Source: Eledone cirrhosa
Taxonomy: Eukaryota
DNA: 64,000 nt
Direction: 5' to 3'
Assembly: GCA_964016885.1 (NCBI GenBank)
Contig: OZ024740.1
Span: forward strand, 46,562,001 to 46,626,000
The position numbers and the translations under genes are program-made. The first letter of the stretch is position 1, and the number at the start of each line of letters is the position of its first letter. Positions 15,001 through 30,000 of the stretch are shown here, piece by piece. Under the pieces are notes generated by a model. The model saw only the letters and a list, made by a program, of their open reading frames with translations, was not told the origin of the DNA and did no database searches.

Positions 15001-18000
15001 CTATCAGAATTACAATGTAACCTCTACTATAGCCACAACCCAGCCTAACAGAATTACAATGTAACCTCTACTATAGCCACAACCTAGCCTAACAGAATTA
15101 CAATGTAACCTCTACTATAGCCACAACCCAGCCTAACAGAATTACAATGTAACCTCTACTATAGCCACAACCCAGTCTATCAGAATTACAATGTAACCTC
15201 TACTATAGCCACAACCCAGTATAGCAGAATGACAATGTAACCTCTACTATAGCCACAACCCAGTCTAACAGAATTACAATGTAACCTCTACTATAGCCAC
15301 AACCCAGCCTAACATAATTACAATGTAACCTCTACTATAGCCACAACCCAGTCTAGCAGAATTACAATGTAACCTCTACTATAGCCACGACCTAGTCTAA
15401 CAGAATTACAATGTAAACTCTACTATAGCCACAACCTAGCCTAACAGAATTACAATGTTTAACTCTACTATAGTCACAACCCAGTCTAACAGAATTACAA
15501 TGTAACCTCTACTATAGCCACAACCCAGCCTAACAGAATTACAATGTAACCTCTACTATAGCCACAACCTAGCCTAACAGAATTACAATGTATCCTCTAC
15601 TATAGCCACAACCTAGCCTAACAGAATTACAATGTAACCTCTACTATAGCCACAACCTAGCCTAACAGAATTACAATGTAACCTCTACTATAGCCACAAC
15701 CTAGCCTAACAGAATTACAATGTAACCTCTACTATAGCCACAACCTAGCCTAACAGAATTACAATGTAACCTCTACTATAGCCACAACCTAGCCTAACAG
15801 AATTACAATGTAACCTCTACTATAGCCACAACCTAGCCTAACAGAATTACAATGTAACCTCTACTATAGCCACAACCTAGCCTAACAGAATTACAATGTA
15901 AACTCTACTATAGTCACAACCCAGTCTAACAGAATTACAATGTAACCTCTACTATAGTCACAACCCAGCCTAACAGAATTACAATGTAACCTCTACTATA
16001 GCCACAACCTAGCCTAACAGAATTACAATGTAACCTCTACTATAGCCACAACCTAGCCTAACAGAATTACAATGTAACCTCTACTATAGTCACAACCTAG
16101 CCTAACAGAATTACATTGTAACCTCTACTATAGCCACAACCTAGCCTAACAGAATTACAATGTAACCTCTACTATAGCCACAACACAGCCTAACAGAATT
16201 ACAATGTAACCTCTACTATAGCCACAACCCAGCCTAACAGAATTACAATGTAACCTCTACTATAGCCACAACCCAGCCTAACAGAATTACAATGTAACCT
16301 CTACTATAGCCACAACCCAGTCTAACAGAATTACAATGTAACCTCTACTATAGCCACAACCCAGCCTAACAGAATTACAATGTAACCTCTACTATAGCCA
16401 CAACCCAGCCTAACAGAATTACAATGTAACCCCTACTATAGCCACAACCCAGTCTAACAGAATTACAATGTAACCTCTACTATAGCCACAACCCAGTCTA
16501 ACAGAATTACAATGTAACCTCTACTATAGCCACAACCCAACCTAACAGCAGAATTACAATGTAACCTCTACTATAGCCACAACCCAGCCTAACAGAATTA
16601 CAATGTAACCTCTACTATAGCCACAACCCAGTCTAACAGAATTACAATGTAACCTCTACTATAGCCACAACCCAGTCTAACAGAATTACAATGTAACCTC
16701 TACTATAGCCACAACCCAGTCTAACAGAATTACAATGTAACCTCTACTATAGCCACAACCCAGTCTAACAGAATTACAATGTAACCTCTACTATAGCCAC
16801 AACCCAGTCTAACAGAATTACAATGTAACCTCTACTATAGCCACAACCCAGCCTAACAGAATTACAATGTAACCTCTACTATAGCCACAACCCAGTCTAA
16901 CAGAATTACAATGTAACCTCTACTATAGCCACAATCCAGTCTAACAGAATTACAATGTAACCTCTACTATAGCCACAACCCAGTCTAACAGAATTACAAT
17001 GTAACCTCTACTATAGCCACAACCCAACCTAACAGCAGAATTACAATGTAACCTCTACTATAGCCACAACCCAGTCTAACAGAATTACAATGTAACCTCT
17101 ACTATAGCCACAACCCAGTCTAACAGAATTACAACGTAACCTCTACTATAGCCACAACCCAACCTAACAGCAGAATTATAATGTAACCTCTACTATAGCC
17201 ACAACCCAGCCTAACAGAATTACAATGTAACCTCTACTATAGCCACAACCCAGTCTAACAGAATTACAATGTAACCTCTAATATAGCCACAACCCAGTCT
17301 AACAGAATTACAATGTAACCTCTACTATAGCCACAACCCAGTCTAACAGAATTACAATGTAACCTCTACTATAGCCACAACCCAGTCTAACAGAATTACA
17401 ATGTAACCTCTACTATAGCCACAACCCAGTCTAACAGAATTACAATGTAACCTCTACTATAGCCACAACCCAGTCTAACAGAATTACAATGTAACCTCTA
17501 CTATAGCCACAACCCAGCCTAACAGAATTACAATGTAACCTCTACTATAGCCACAACCCAGTCTAACAGAATTACAATGTAACCTCTACTATAGCCACAA
17601 CCCAGTCTAACAGAATTACAATGTAACCTCTACTACAGCCACAACCCAGTCTAACAGAATTACAATGTAACCTCTACTATAGCCACAACCCAGTCTAACA
17701 GAATTACAATGTAACCTCTACTATAGCCACAACCCAGTCTAACAGAATTACAATGTAACCTCTACTATAGCCACAACCCAGTCTAACAGAATTACAACGT
17801 AACCTCTACTATAGCCACAACCCAGTCTAACAGAATTACAATGTAACCTCTACTATAGCCACAACCCAGCCTAACAGAATTACAATGTAACCTCTACTAT
17901 AGCCACAACCCAGTCTAACAGAATTACAATGTAACCTCTAATATAGCCACAACCCAGTCTAACAGAATTACAATGTAACCTCTACTATAGCCACAACCCA

Positions 18001-21000
18001 GTCTAACAGAATTACAATGTAACCTCTACTATAGCCACAACCCAACCTAACAGCAGAATTACAATGTAACCTCTACTATAGCCACAACCCAGTCTAACAG
18101 AATTACAATGTAACCTCTACTATAGCCACAACCCAGTCTAACAGAATTACAATGTAACCTCTACTATAGCCACAACCCAACCTAACAGCAGAATTACAAT
18201 GTAACCTCTACTATAGCCACAACCCAGCCTAACAGAATTACAATGTAACCTCTACTATAGCCACAACCCAGTCTAACAGAATTACAATGTAACCTCTACT
18301 ATAGCCACAACCCAGTCTAACAGAATTACAATGTAACCTCTACTATAGCCACAACCCAGTCTAACAGAATTACAATGTAACCTCTACTATAGCCACAACC
18401 CAACCTAACAGCAGAATTACAATGTAACCTCTACTATAGCCACAACCCAGCCTAACAGAATTACAATGTAACCTCTACTATAGCCACAACCCAGTCTAAC
18501 AGAATTACAATGTAACCTCTACTATAGCCACAACCCAGTCTAACAGAATTACAATGTAACCTCTACTATAGCCACAACCCAGTCTAACAGAATTACAATG
18601 TAACCTCTACTATAGCCACAACCCAGTCTAACAGAATTACAATGTAACCTCTACTATAGCCACAACCCAGTCTAACAGAATTACAATGTAACCTCTACTA
18701 TAGCCACAACCCAGTCTAACAGAATTACAATGTAACCTCTACTATAGCCACAACCCAGCCTAACAGAATTACAATGTAACCTCTACTAGAGCCACAACCC
18801 AGTCTAACAGAATTACAATGTAACCTCTACTATAGCCACAACCCAGTCTAACAGAATTACAATGTAACCTCTACTATAGCCACAACCCAGTCTAACAGAA
18901 TTACAATGTAACCTCTACTATAGCCACAACCCAGTCTAACAGAATTACAATGTAACCTCTACTATAGCCACAACCCAGCCTAACAGAATTACAATGTAAC
19001 CTCTACTATAGCCACAACCTAGCCTAACAGAATTACAATGTAACCTCTACTATAGTCACAACCCAGTCTAACAGAATTACAATGTAACCTCTACTATAGT
19101 CACAACCCAGCCTAACAGAATTACAATGTAACCTCTACTATAGCCACAACCCAGTCTAACAGAATTACAATGTAACCTCTACTATAGCCACAACCCAGTC
19201 TAACAGAATTACAATGTAACCTCTGCTATAGCCACAACCCAGCCTAACAGAATTACAATGTAACCTCTACTATAGCCACAACCTAGCCTAACAGAATTAC
19301 AATGTAACCTCTACTATAGCCACAACCCAGTCTAAAAGAATTACAATGTAAACTTTACTATAGCCACAACCCAGCCTAACAGAATTACAATGTAACCTCT
19401 ACTATAGTCACAACCCAGCCTAACAGAATTACAATGTAACCTCTACTATAGCCACAACCTACCTAACAGCAGAATTACAATGTAACCTCTACTATAGCCA
19501 CAACCCAGCCTAACAGAATTACAATGTAACCTCTACTATAGCCACAACCCAGCCTAACAGAATTACAATGTAACCTCTACTATAGCCACAACCCAGCCTA
19601 ACAGAATTACAATGTAACCTCTACTATAGCCACAACCCAGTCTATCAGAATTACAATGTAACCTCTACTATAGCCACAACCCAGCCTAACAGAATTACAA
19701 TGTAACCTCTACTATAGCCACAACCCAGTCTAACAGAATTACAATGTAACCTCTACTATAGCCACAACCCAGTCTAACAGAATTACAATGTAACCTCTAC
19801 TATAGCCACAACCCAGCCTAACAGAATTACAATGTAACCTCTACTATAGCCACAACCTAGCCTAACAGAATTACAATGTAACCTCTACTATAGCCACAAC
19901 CCAGTCTAAAAGAATTACAATGTAAACTTTACTATAGCCACAACCCAGCCTAACAGAATTACAATGTAACCTCTACTATAGTCACAACCCAGCCTAACAG
20001 AATTACAATGTAACCTCTACTATAGCCACAACCTACCTAACAGCAGAATTACAATGTAACCTCTACTATAGCCACAACCCAGCCTAACAGAATTACAATG
20101 TAACCTCTACTATAGCCACAACCCAGCCTAACAGAATTACAATGTAACCTCTACTATAGCCACAACCCAGCCTAACAGAATTACAATGTAACCTCTACTA
20201 TAGCCACAACCCAGTCTATCAGAATTACAATGTAACCTCTACTATAGCCACAACCCAGCCTAACAGAATTACAATGTAACCTCTACTATAGCCACAACCC
20301 AGTCTAACAGAATTACAATGTAACCTCTACTATAGCCACAACCCAGCCTAACAGAATTACAATGTAACCTCTACTATAGCCACAACCCAGCCTAACAGAA
20401 TTACAATGTAACCTCTACTATAGCCACAACCCAGTCTATCAGAATTACAATGTAACCTCTACTATAGCCACAACCCAGCCTAACAGAATTACAATGTAAC
20501 CTCTACTATAGCCACAACCTAGCCTAACAGAATTACAATGTAACCTCTACTATAGCCACAACCCAGTCTAACATAATTACAATGTAACCTCTACTATAGC
20601 CACAACCTAGCCTAACAGAATTACAATGTAACCTCTACTATAGCCACAACCCAGTCTAGCAGAATTACAATGTAACCTCTACTATAGCCACAACCTAGTC
20701 TAACAGAATTACAATGTAACCTCTACTATAGTCACAACCCATGTGTAACAGAATTACAATGTAACCTTTACTATAGCCACAAACCAGTCTATCAGAATTA
20801 CAATGTAACCTCTACTATAGCCACAACCCAGCCTAACAGAATTACAATGTAACCTCTACTATAGCCACAACCTAGCCTAACAGAATTACAATGTAACCTC
20901 TACTATAGCCACAACCCAGCCTAACAGAATTACAATGTAACCTCTACTATAGCCACAACCCAGTCTATCAGAATTACAATGTAACCTCTACTATAGCCAC

Positions 21001-24000
21001 AACCCAGTATAGCAGAATTACAATGTAACCTCTACTATAGCCACAACCCAACCTAACAGCAGAATTACAATGTAACCTCTACTATAGCCACAACCCAGCC
21101 TAACAGAATTACAATGTAACCTCTACTATAGCCACAACCCAGTCTAACAGAATTACAATGTAACCTCTACTATAGCCACAACCCAGTCTAACAGAATTAC
21201 AATGTAACCTCTACTATAGCCACAACCCAGTCTAACAGAATTACAATGTAACCTCTACTATAGCCACAACCCAGTCTAACAGAATTACAATGTAACCTCT
21301 ACTATAGCCACAACCCAGTCTAACAGAATTACAATGTAACCTCTACTATAGCCACAACCCAGCCTAACAGAATTACAATGTAACCTCTACTATAGCCACA
21401 ACCCAGTCTAACAGAATTACAATGTAACCTCTACTATAGCCACAATCCAGTCTAACAGAATTACAATGTAACCTCTACTATAGCCACAACCCAGTCTAAC
21501 AGAATTACAATGTAACCTCTACTATAGCCACAACCCAACCTAACAGCAGAATTACAATGTAACCTCTACTATAGCCACAACCCAGTCTAACAGAATTACA
21601 ATGTAACCTCTACTATAGCCACAACCCAGTCTAACAGAATTACAACGTAACCTCTACTATAGCCACAACCCAACCTAACAGCAGAATTATAATGTAACCT
21701 CTACTATAGCCACAACCCAGCCTAACAGAATTACAATGTAACCTCTACTATAGCCACAACCCAGTCTAACAGAATTACAATGTAACCTCTAATATAGCCA
21801 CAACCCAGTCTAACAGAATTACAATGTAACCTCTACTGTAGCCACAACCCAGTCTAACAGAATTACAATGTAACCTCTACTATAGCCACAACCCAGTCTA
21901 ACAGAATTACAATGTAACCTCTACTATAGCCACAACCCAGTCTAACAGAATTACAATGTAACCTCTACTATAGCCACAACCCAGTCTAACAGAATTACAA
22001 TGTAACCTCTACTATAGCCACAACCCAGCCTAACAGAATTACAATGTAACCTCTACTATAGCCACAACCCAGTCTAACAGAATTACAATGTAACCTCTAC
22101 TATAGCCACAACCCAGTCTAACAGAATTACAATGTAACCTCTACTACAGCCACAACCCAGTCTAACAGAATTACAATGTAACCTCTACTATAGCCACAAC
22201 CCAGTCTAACAGAATTACAATGTAACCTCTACTATAGCCACAACCCAGTCTAACAGAATTACAATGTAACCTCTACTATAGCCACAACCCAGTCTAACAG
22301 AATTACAATGTAACCTCTACTATAGCCACAACCCAACCTAACAGCAGAATTACAATGTAACCTCTACTATAGCCACAACCCAGCCTAACAGAATTACAAT
22401 GTAACCTCTACTATAGCCACAACCCAGTCTAACAGAATTACAATGTAACCTCTACTATAGCCACAACCCAGTCTAACAGAATTACAATGTAACCTCTACT
22501 ATAGCCACAACCCAGTCTAACAGAATTACAATGTAACCTCTACTATAGCCACAACCCAGTCTAACAGAATTACAATGTAACCTCTACTATAGCCACAACC
22601 CAGTCTAACAGAATTACAATGTAACCTCTACTATAGCCACAACCCAGTCTAACAGAATTACAATGTAACCTCTACTATAGCCACAACCCAGCCTAACAGA
22701 ATTACAATGTAACCTCTACTAGAGCCACAACCCAGTCTAACAGAATTACAATGTAACCTCTACTATAGCCACAACCCAGTCTAACAGAATTACAATGTAA
22801 CCTCTACTATAGCCACAACCCAGTCTAACAGAATTACAATGTAACCTCTACTATAGCCACAACCCAGTCTAACAGAATTACAATGTAACCTCTACTATAG
22901 CCACAACCCAGCCTAACAGAATTACAATGTAACCTCTACTATAGCCACAACCCAGTCTAACAGAATTACAATGTAACCTCTACTATAGCCACAACCCAGT
23001 CTAACAGAATTACAATGTAACCTCTGCTATAGCCACAACCCAGCCTAACAGAATTACAATGTAACCTCTACTATAGCCACAACCTAGCCTAACAGAATTA
23101 CAATGTAACCTCTACTATAGCCACAACCCAGTCTAAAAGAATTACAATGTAAACTTTACTATAGCCACAACCCAGCCTAACAGAATTACAATGTAACCTC
23201 TACTATAGTCACAACCCAGCCTAACAGAATTACAATGTAACCTCTACTATAGCCACAACCTACCTAACAGCAGAATTACAATGTAACCTCTACTATAGCC
23301 ACAACCCAGCCTAACAGAATTACAATGTAACCTCTACTATAGCCACAACCCAGCCTAACAGAATTACAATGTAACCTCTACTATAGCCACAACCCAGCCT
23401 AACAGAATTACAATGTAACCTCTACTATAGCCACAACCCAGTCTATCAGAATTACAATGTAACCTCTACTATAGCCACAACCCAGCCTAACAGAATTACA
23501 ATGTAACCTCTACTATAGCCACAACCCAGTCTAACAGAATTACAATGTAACCTCTACTATAGCCACAACCCAGTCTAACAGAATTACAATGTAACCTCTA
23601 CTATAGCCACAACCCAGCCTAACAGAATTACAATGTAACCTCTACTATAGCCACAACCTAGCCTAACAGAATTACAATGTAACCTCTACTATAGCCACAA
23701 CCCAGTCTAAAAGAATTACAATGTAAACTTTACTATAGCCACAACCCAGCCTAACAGAATTACAATGTAACCTCTACTATAGTCACAACCCAGCCTAACA
23801 GAATTACAATGTAACCTCTACTATAGCCACAACCTACCTAACAGCAGAATTACAATGTAACCTCTACTATAGCCACAACCCAGCCTAACAGAATTACAAT
23901 GTAACCTCTACTATAGCCACAACCCAGCCTAACAGAATTACAATGTAACCTCTACTATAGCCACAACCCAGCCTAACAGAATTACAATGTAACCTCTACT

Positions 24001-27000
24001 ATAGCCACAACCCAGTCTATCAGAATTACAATGTAACCTCTACTATAGCCACAACCCAGCCTAACAGAATTACAATGTAACCTCTACTATAGCCACAACC
24101 CAGTCTAACAGAATTACAATGTAACCTCTACTATAGCCACAACCCAGCCTAACAGAATTACAATGTAACCTCTACTATAGCCACAACCCAGCCTAACAGA
24201 ATTACAATGTAACCTCTACTATAGCCACAACCCAGTCTATCAGAATTACAATGTAACCTCTACTATAGCCACAACCCAGCCTAACAGAATTACAATGTAA
24301 CCTCTACTATAGCCACAACCTAGCCTAACAGAATTACAATGTAACCTCTACTATAGCCACAACCCAGTCTAACATAATTACAATGTAACCTCTACTATAG
24401 CCACAACCTAGCCTAACAGAATTACAATGTAACCTCTACTATAGCCACAACCCAGTCTAGCAGAATTACAATGTAACCTCTACTATAGCCACAACCTAGT
24501 CTAACAGAATTACAATGTAACCTCTACTATAGTCACAACCCATGTGTAACAGAATTACAATGTAACCTTTACTATAGCCACAAACCAGTCTATCAGAATT
24601 ACAATGTAACCTCTACTATAGCCACAACCCAGCCTAACAGAATTACAATGTAACCTCTACTATAGCCACAACCTAGCCTAACAGAATTACAATGTAACCT
24701 CTACTATAGCCACAACCCAGCCTAACAGAATTACAATGTAACCTCTACTATAGCCACAACCCAGTCTATCAGAATTACAATGTAACCTCTACTATAGCCA
24801 CAACCCAGTATAGCAGAATTACAATGTAACCTCTACTATAGCCACAACCCAACCTAACAGCAGAATTACAATGTAACCTCTACTATAGCCACAACCCAGC
24901 CTAACAGAATTACAATGTAACCTCTACTATAGCCACAACCCAGTCTAACAGAATTACAATGTAACCTCTACTATAGCCACAACCCAGTCTAACAGAATTA
25001 CAATGTAACCTCTACTATAGCCACAACCCAGTCTAACAGAATTACAATGTAACCTCTACTATAGCCACAACCCAGTCTAACAGAATTACAATGTAACCTC
25101 TACTATAGCCACAACCCAGTCTAACAGAATTACAATGTAACCTCTACTATAGCCACAACCCAGCCTAACAGAATTACAATGTAACCTCTACTATAGCCAC
25201 AACCCAGTCTAACAGAATTACAATGTAACCTCTACTATAGCCACAATCCAGTCTAACAGAATTACAATGTAACCTCTACTATAGCCACAACCCAGTCTAA
25301 CAGAATTACAATGTAACCTCTACTATAGCCACAACCCAACCTAACAGCAGAATTACAATGTAACCTCTACTATAGCCACAACCCAGTCTAACAGAATTAC
25401 AATGTAACCTCTACTATAGCCACAACCCAGTCTAACAGAATTACAACGTAACCTCTACTATAGCCACAACCCAACCTAACAGCAGAATTATAATGTAACC
25501 TCTACTATAGCCACAACCCAGCCTAACAGAATTACAATGTAACCTCTACTATAGCCACAACCCAGTCTAACAGAATTACAATGTAACCTCTAATATAGCC
25601 ACAACCCAGTCTAACAGAATTACAATGTAACCTCTACTGTAGCCACAACCCAGTCTAACAGAATTACAATGTAACCTCTACTATAGCCACAACCCAGTCT
25701 AACAGAATTACAATGTAACCTCTACTATAGCCACAACCCAGTCTAACAGAATTACAATGTAACCTCTACTATAGCCACAACCCAGTCTAACAGAATTACA
25801 ATGTAACCTCTACTATAGCCACAACCCAGCCTAACAGAATTACAATGTAACCTCTACTATAGCCACAACCCAGTCTAACAGAATTACAATGTAACCTCTA
25901 CTATAGCCACAACCCAGTCTAACAGAATTACAATGTAACCTCTACTACAGCCACAACCCAGTCTAACAGAATTACAATGTAACCTCTACTATAGCCACAA
26001 CCCAGTCTAACAGAATTACAATGTAACCTCTACTATAGCCACAACCCAGTCTAACAGAATTACAATGTAACCTCTACTATAGCCACAACCCAGTCTAACA
26101 GAATTACAATGTAACCTCTACTATAGCCACAACCCAACCTAACAGCAGAATTACAATGTAACCTCTACTATAGCCACAACCCAGCCTAACAGAATTACAA
26201 TGTAACCTCTACTATAGCCACAACCCAGTCTAACAGAATTACAATGTAACCTCTACTATAGCCACAACCCAGTCTAACAGAATTACAATGTAACCTCTAC
26301 TATAGCCACAACCCAGTCTAACAGAATTACAATGTAACCTCTACTATAGCCACAACCCAGTCTAACAGAATTACAATGTAACCTCTACTATAGCCACAAC
26401 CCAGTCTAACAGAATTACAATGTAACCTCTACTATAGCCACAACCCAGTCTAACAGAATTACAATGTAACCTCTACTATAGCCACAACCCAGCCTAACAG
26501 AATTACAATGTAACCTCTACTAGAGCCACAACCCAGTCTAACAGAATTACAATGTAACCTCTACTATAGCCACAACCCAGTCTAACAGAATTACAATGTA
26601 ACCTCTACTATAGCCACAACCCAGTCTAACAGAATTACAATGTAACCTCTACTATAGCCACAACCCAGTCTAACAGAATTACAATGTAACCTCTACTATA
26701 GCCACAACCCAGCCTAACAGAATTACAATGTAACCTCTACTATAGCCACAACCTAGCCTAACAGAATTACAATGTAACCTCTACTATAGTCACAACCCAG
26801 TCTAACAGAATTACAATGTAACCTCTACTATAGTCACAACCCAGCCTAACAGAATTACAATGTAACCTCTACTATAGCCACAACCCAGTCTAACAGAATT
26901 ACAATGTAACCTCTACTATAGCCACAACCCAGTCTAACAGAATTACAATGTAACCTCTACTATAGCCACAACCCAGCCTAACAGAATTACAATGTAACCT

Positions 27001-30000
27001 CTACTATAGCCACAACCTAGCCTAACAGAATTACAATGTAACCTCTACTATAGCCACAACCCAGTCTAAAAGAATTACAATGTAAACTTTACCATAGCCA
27101 CAACCCAGCCTAACAGAATTACAATGTAACCTCTACTATAGTCACAACCCAGCCTAACAGAATTACAATGTAACCTCTACTATAGCCACAACCTACCTAA
27201 CAGCAGAATTACAATGTAACCTCTACTATAGCCACAACCCAGCCTAACAGAATTACAATGTAACCTCTACTATAGCCACAACCCAGCCTAACAGAATTAC
27301 AATGTAACCTCTACTATAGCCACAACCCAGCCTAACAGAATTACAATGTAACCTCTACTATAGCCACAACCCAGTCTATCAGAATTACAATGTAACCTCT
27401 ACTATAGCCACAACCCAGCCTAACAGAATTACAATGTAACCTCTACTATAGCCACAACCTAGCCTAACAGAATTACAATGTAACCTCTACTATAGCCACA
27501 ACCCAGTCTAACATAATTACAATGTAACCTCTACTATAGCCACAACCTAGCCTAACAGAATTACAATGTAACCTCTACTATAGCCACAACCCAGTCTAGC
27601 AGAATTACAATGTAACCTCTACTATAGCCACAACCTAGTCTAACAGAATTACAATGTAACCTCTACTATAGTCACAACCCATGTGTAACAGAATTACAAT
27701 GTAACCTTTACTATAGCCACAAACCAGTCTATCAGAATTACAATGTAACCTCTACTATAGCCACAACCCAGCCTAACAGAATTACAATGTAACCTCTACT
27801 ATAGCCACAACCTAGCCTAACAGAATTACAATGTAACCTCTACTATAGCCACAACCCAGCCTAACAGAATTACAATGTAACCTCTACTATAGCCACAACC
27901 CAGTCTATCAGAATTACAATGTAACCTCTACTATAGCCACAACCCAGTATAGCAGAATTACAATGTAACCTCTACTATAGCCACAACCCAGTCTAACAGA
28001 ATTACAATGTAACCTCTACTATAGCCACAACCCAGCCTACCAGAATTACAATGTAACCTCTACTATAGCCACAACGCAGTCTAGCAGAATTACAATGTAA
28101 CCTCTACTATAGCCACAACCTAGTCTAACAGAATTACAATGTAAACTCTACTATAGCCACAACCTAGCCTAACAGAATTACAATGTTTAACTCTACTATA
28201 GTCACAACCCAGTCTAATAGAATTACAATGTAACCTCTACTATAGTCACAACCCAGCCTAACAGAATTACAATGTAACCTCTACTATAGCCACAACCTAG
28301 CCTAACAGAATTACAATGTAACCTCTACTATAGCCACAACCTAGCCTAACAGAATTACAATGTAACCTCTACTATAGCCACAACCTAGCCTAACAGAATT
28401 ACAATGTAACCTCTACTATAGCCACAACCTAGCCTAACATAATTACAATGTAACCTCTACTATAGCCACAACCTAGCCTAACAGAATTACAATGTAACCT
28501 CTACTATAGCCACAACCTAGCCTAACAGAATTACAATGTAACCTCTACTATAGCCACAACCTAGCCTAACAGAATTACAATGTAACCTCTACTATAGCCA
28601 CAACCTAGCCTAACAGAATTACAATGTAAACTCTACTATAGTCACAACCCAGTCTAACAGAATTACAATGTAACCTCTACTATAGTCACAACCCAGCCTA
28701 ACAGAATTACAATGTAACCTCTACTATATCCACAACCTAGCCTAACAGAATTACAATGTAACCTCTACTATAGCCACAACCTAGCCTAACAGAATTACAA
28801 TGTAACCTCTACTATAGTCACAACCTAGCCTAACAGAATTACAATGTAACCTCTACTATAGCCACAACCTAGCCTAACAGAATTACAATGTAACCTCTAC
28901 TATAGCCACAACACAGCCTAACAGAATTACAATGTAACCTCTACTATAGCCACAACCCAGCCTAACAGAATTACAATGTAACCTCTACTATAGCCACAAC
29001 CCAGCCTAACAGAATTACAATGTAACCTCTACTATAGCCACAACCCAGTCTAACAGAATTACAATGTAACCTCTACTATAGCCACAACCCAGCCTAACAG
29101 AATTACAATGTAACCTCTACTATAGCCACAACCCAGCCTAACAGAATTACAATGTAACCCCTACTATAGCCACAACCCAGTCTAACAGAATTACAATGTA
29201 ACCTCTACTATAGCCACAACCCAGTCTAACAGAATTACAATGTAACCTCTACTATAGCCACAACCCAACCTAACAGCAGAATTACAATGTAACCTCTACT
29301 ATAGCCACAACCCAGCCTAACAGAATTACAATGTAACCTCTACTATAGCCACAACCCAGTCTAACAGAATTACAATGTAACCTCTACTATAGCCACAACC
29401 CAGTCTAACAGAATTACAATGTAACCTCTACTATAGCCACAACCCAGTCTAACAGAATTACAATGTAACCTCTACTATAGCCACAACCCAGTCTAACAGA
29501 ATTACAATGTAACCTCTACTATAGCCACAACCCAGTCTAACAGAATTACAATGTAACCTCTACTATAGCCACAACCCAGCCTAACAGAATTACAATGTAA
29601 CCTCTACTATAGCCACAACCCAGTCTAACAGAATTACAATGTAACCTCTACTATAGCCACAATCCAGTCTAACAGAATTACAATGTAACCTCTACTATAG
29701 CCACAACCCAGTCTAACAGAATTACAATGTAACCTCTACTATAGCCACAACCCAACCTAACAGCAGAATTACAATGTAACCTCTACTATAGCCACAACCC
29801 AGTCTAACAGAATTACAATGTAACCTCTACTATAGCCACAACCCAGCCTAACAGAATTACAATGTAACCTCTACTATAGCCACAACCCAGCCTAACAGAA
29901 TTACAATGTAACCTCTACTATAGCCACAACCCAGTCTATCAGAATTACAATGTAACCTCTACTATAGCCACAACCCAGCCTAACAGAATTACAATGTAAC

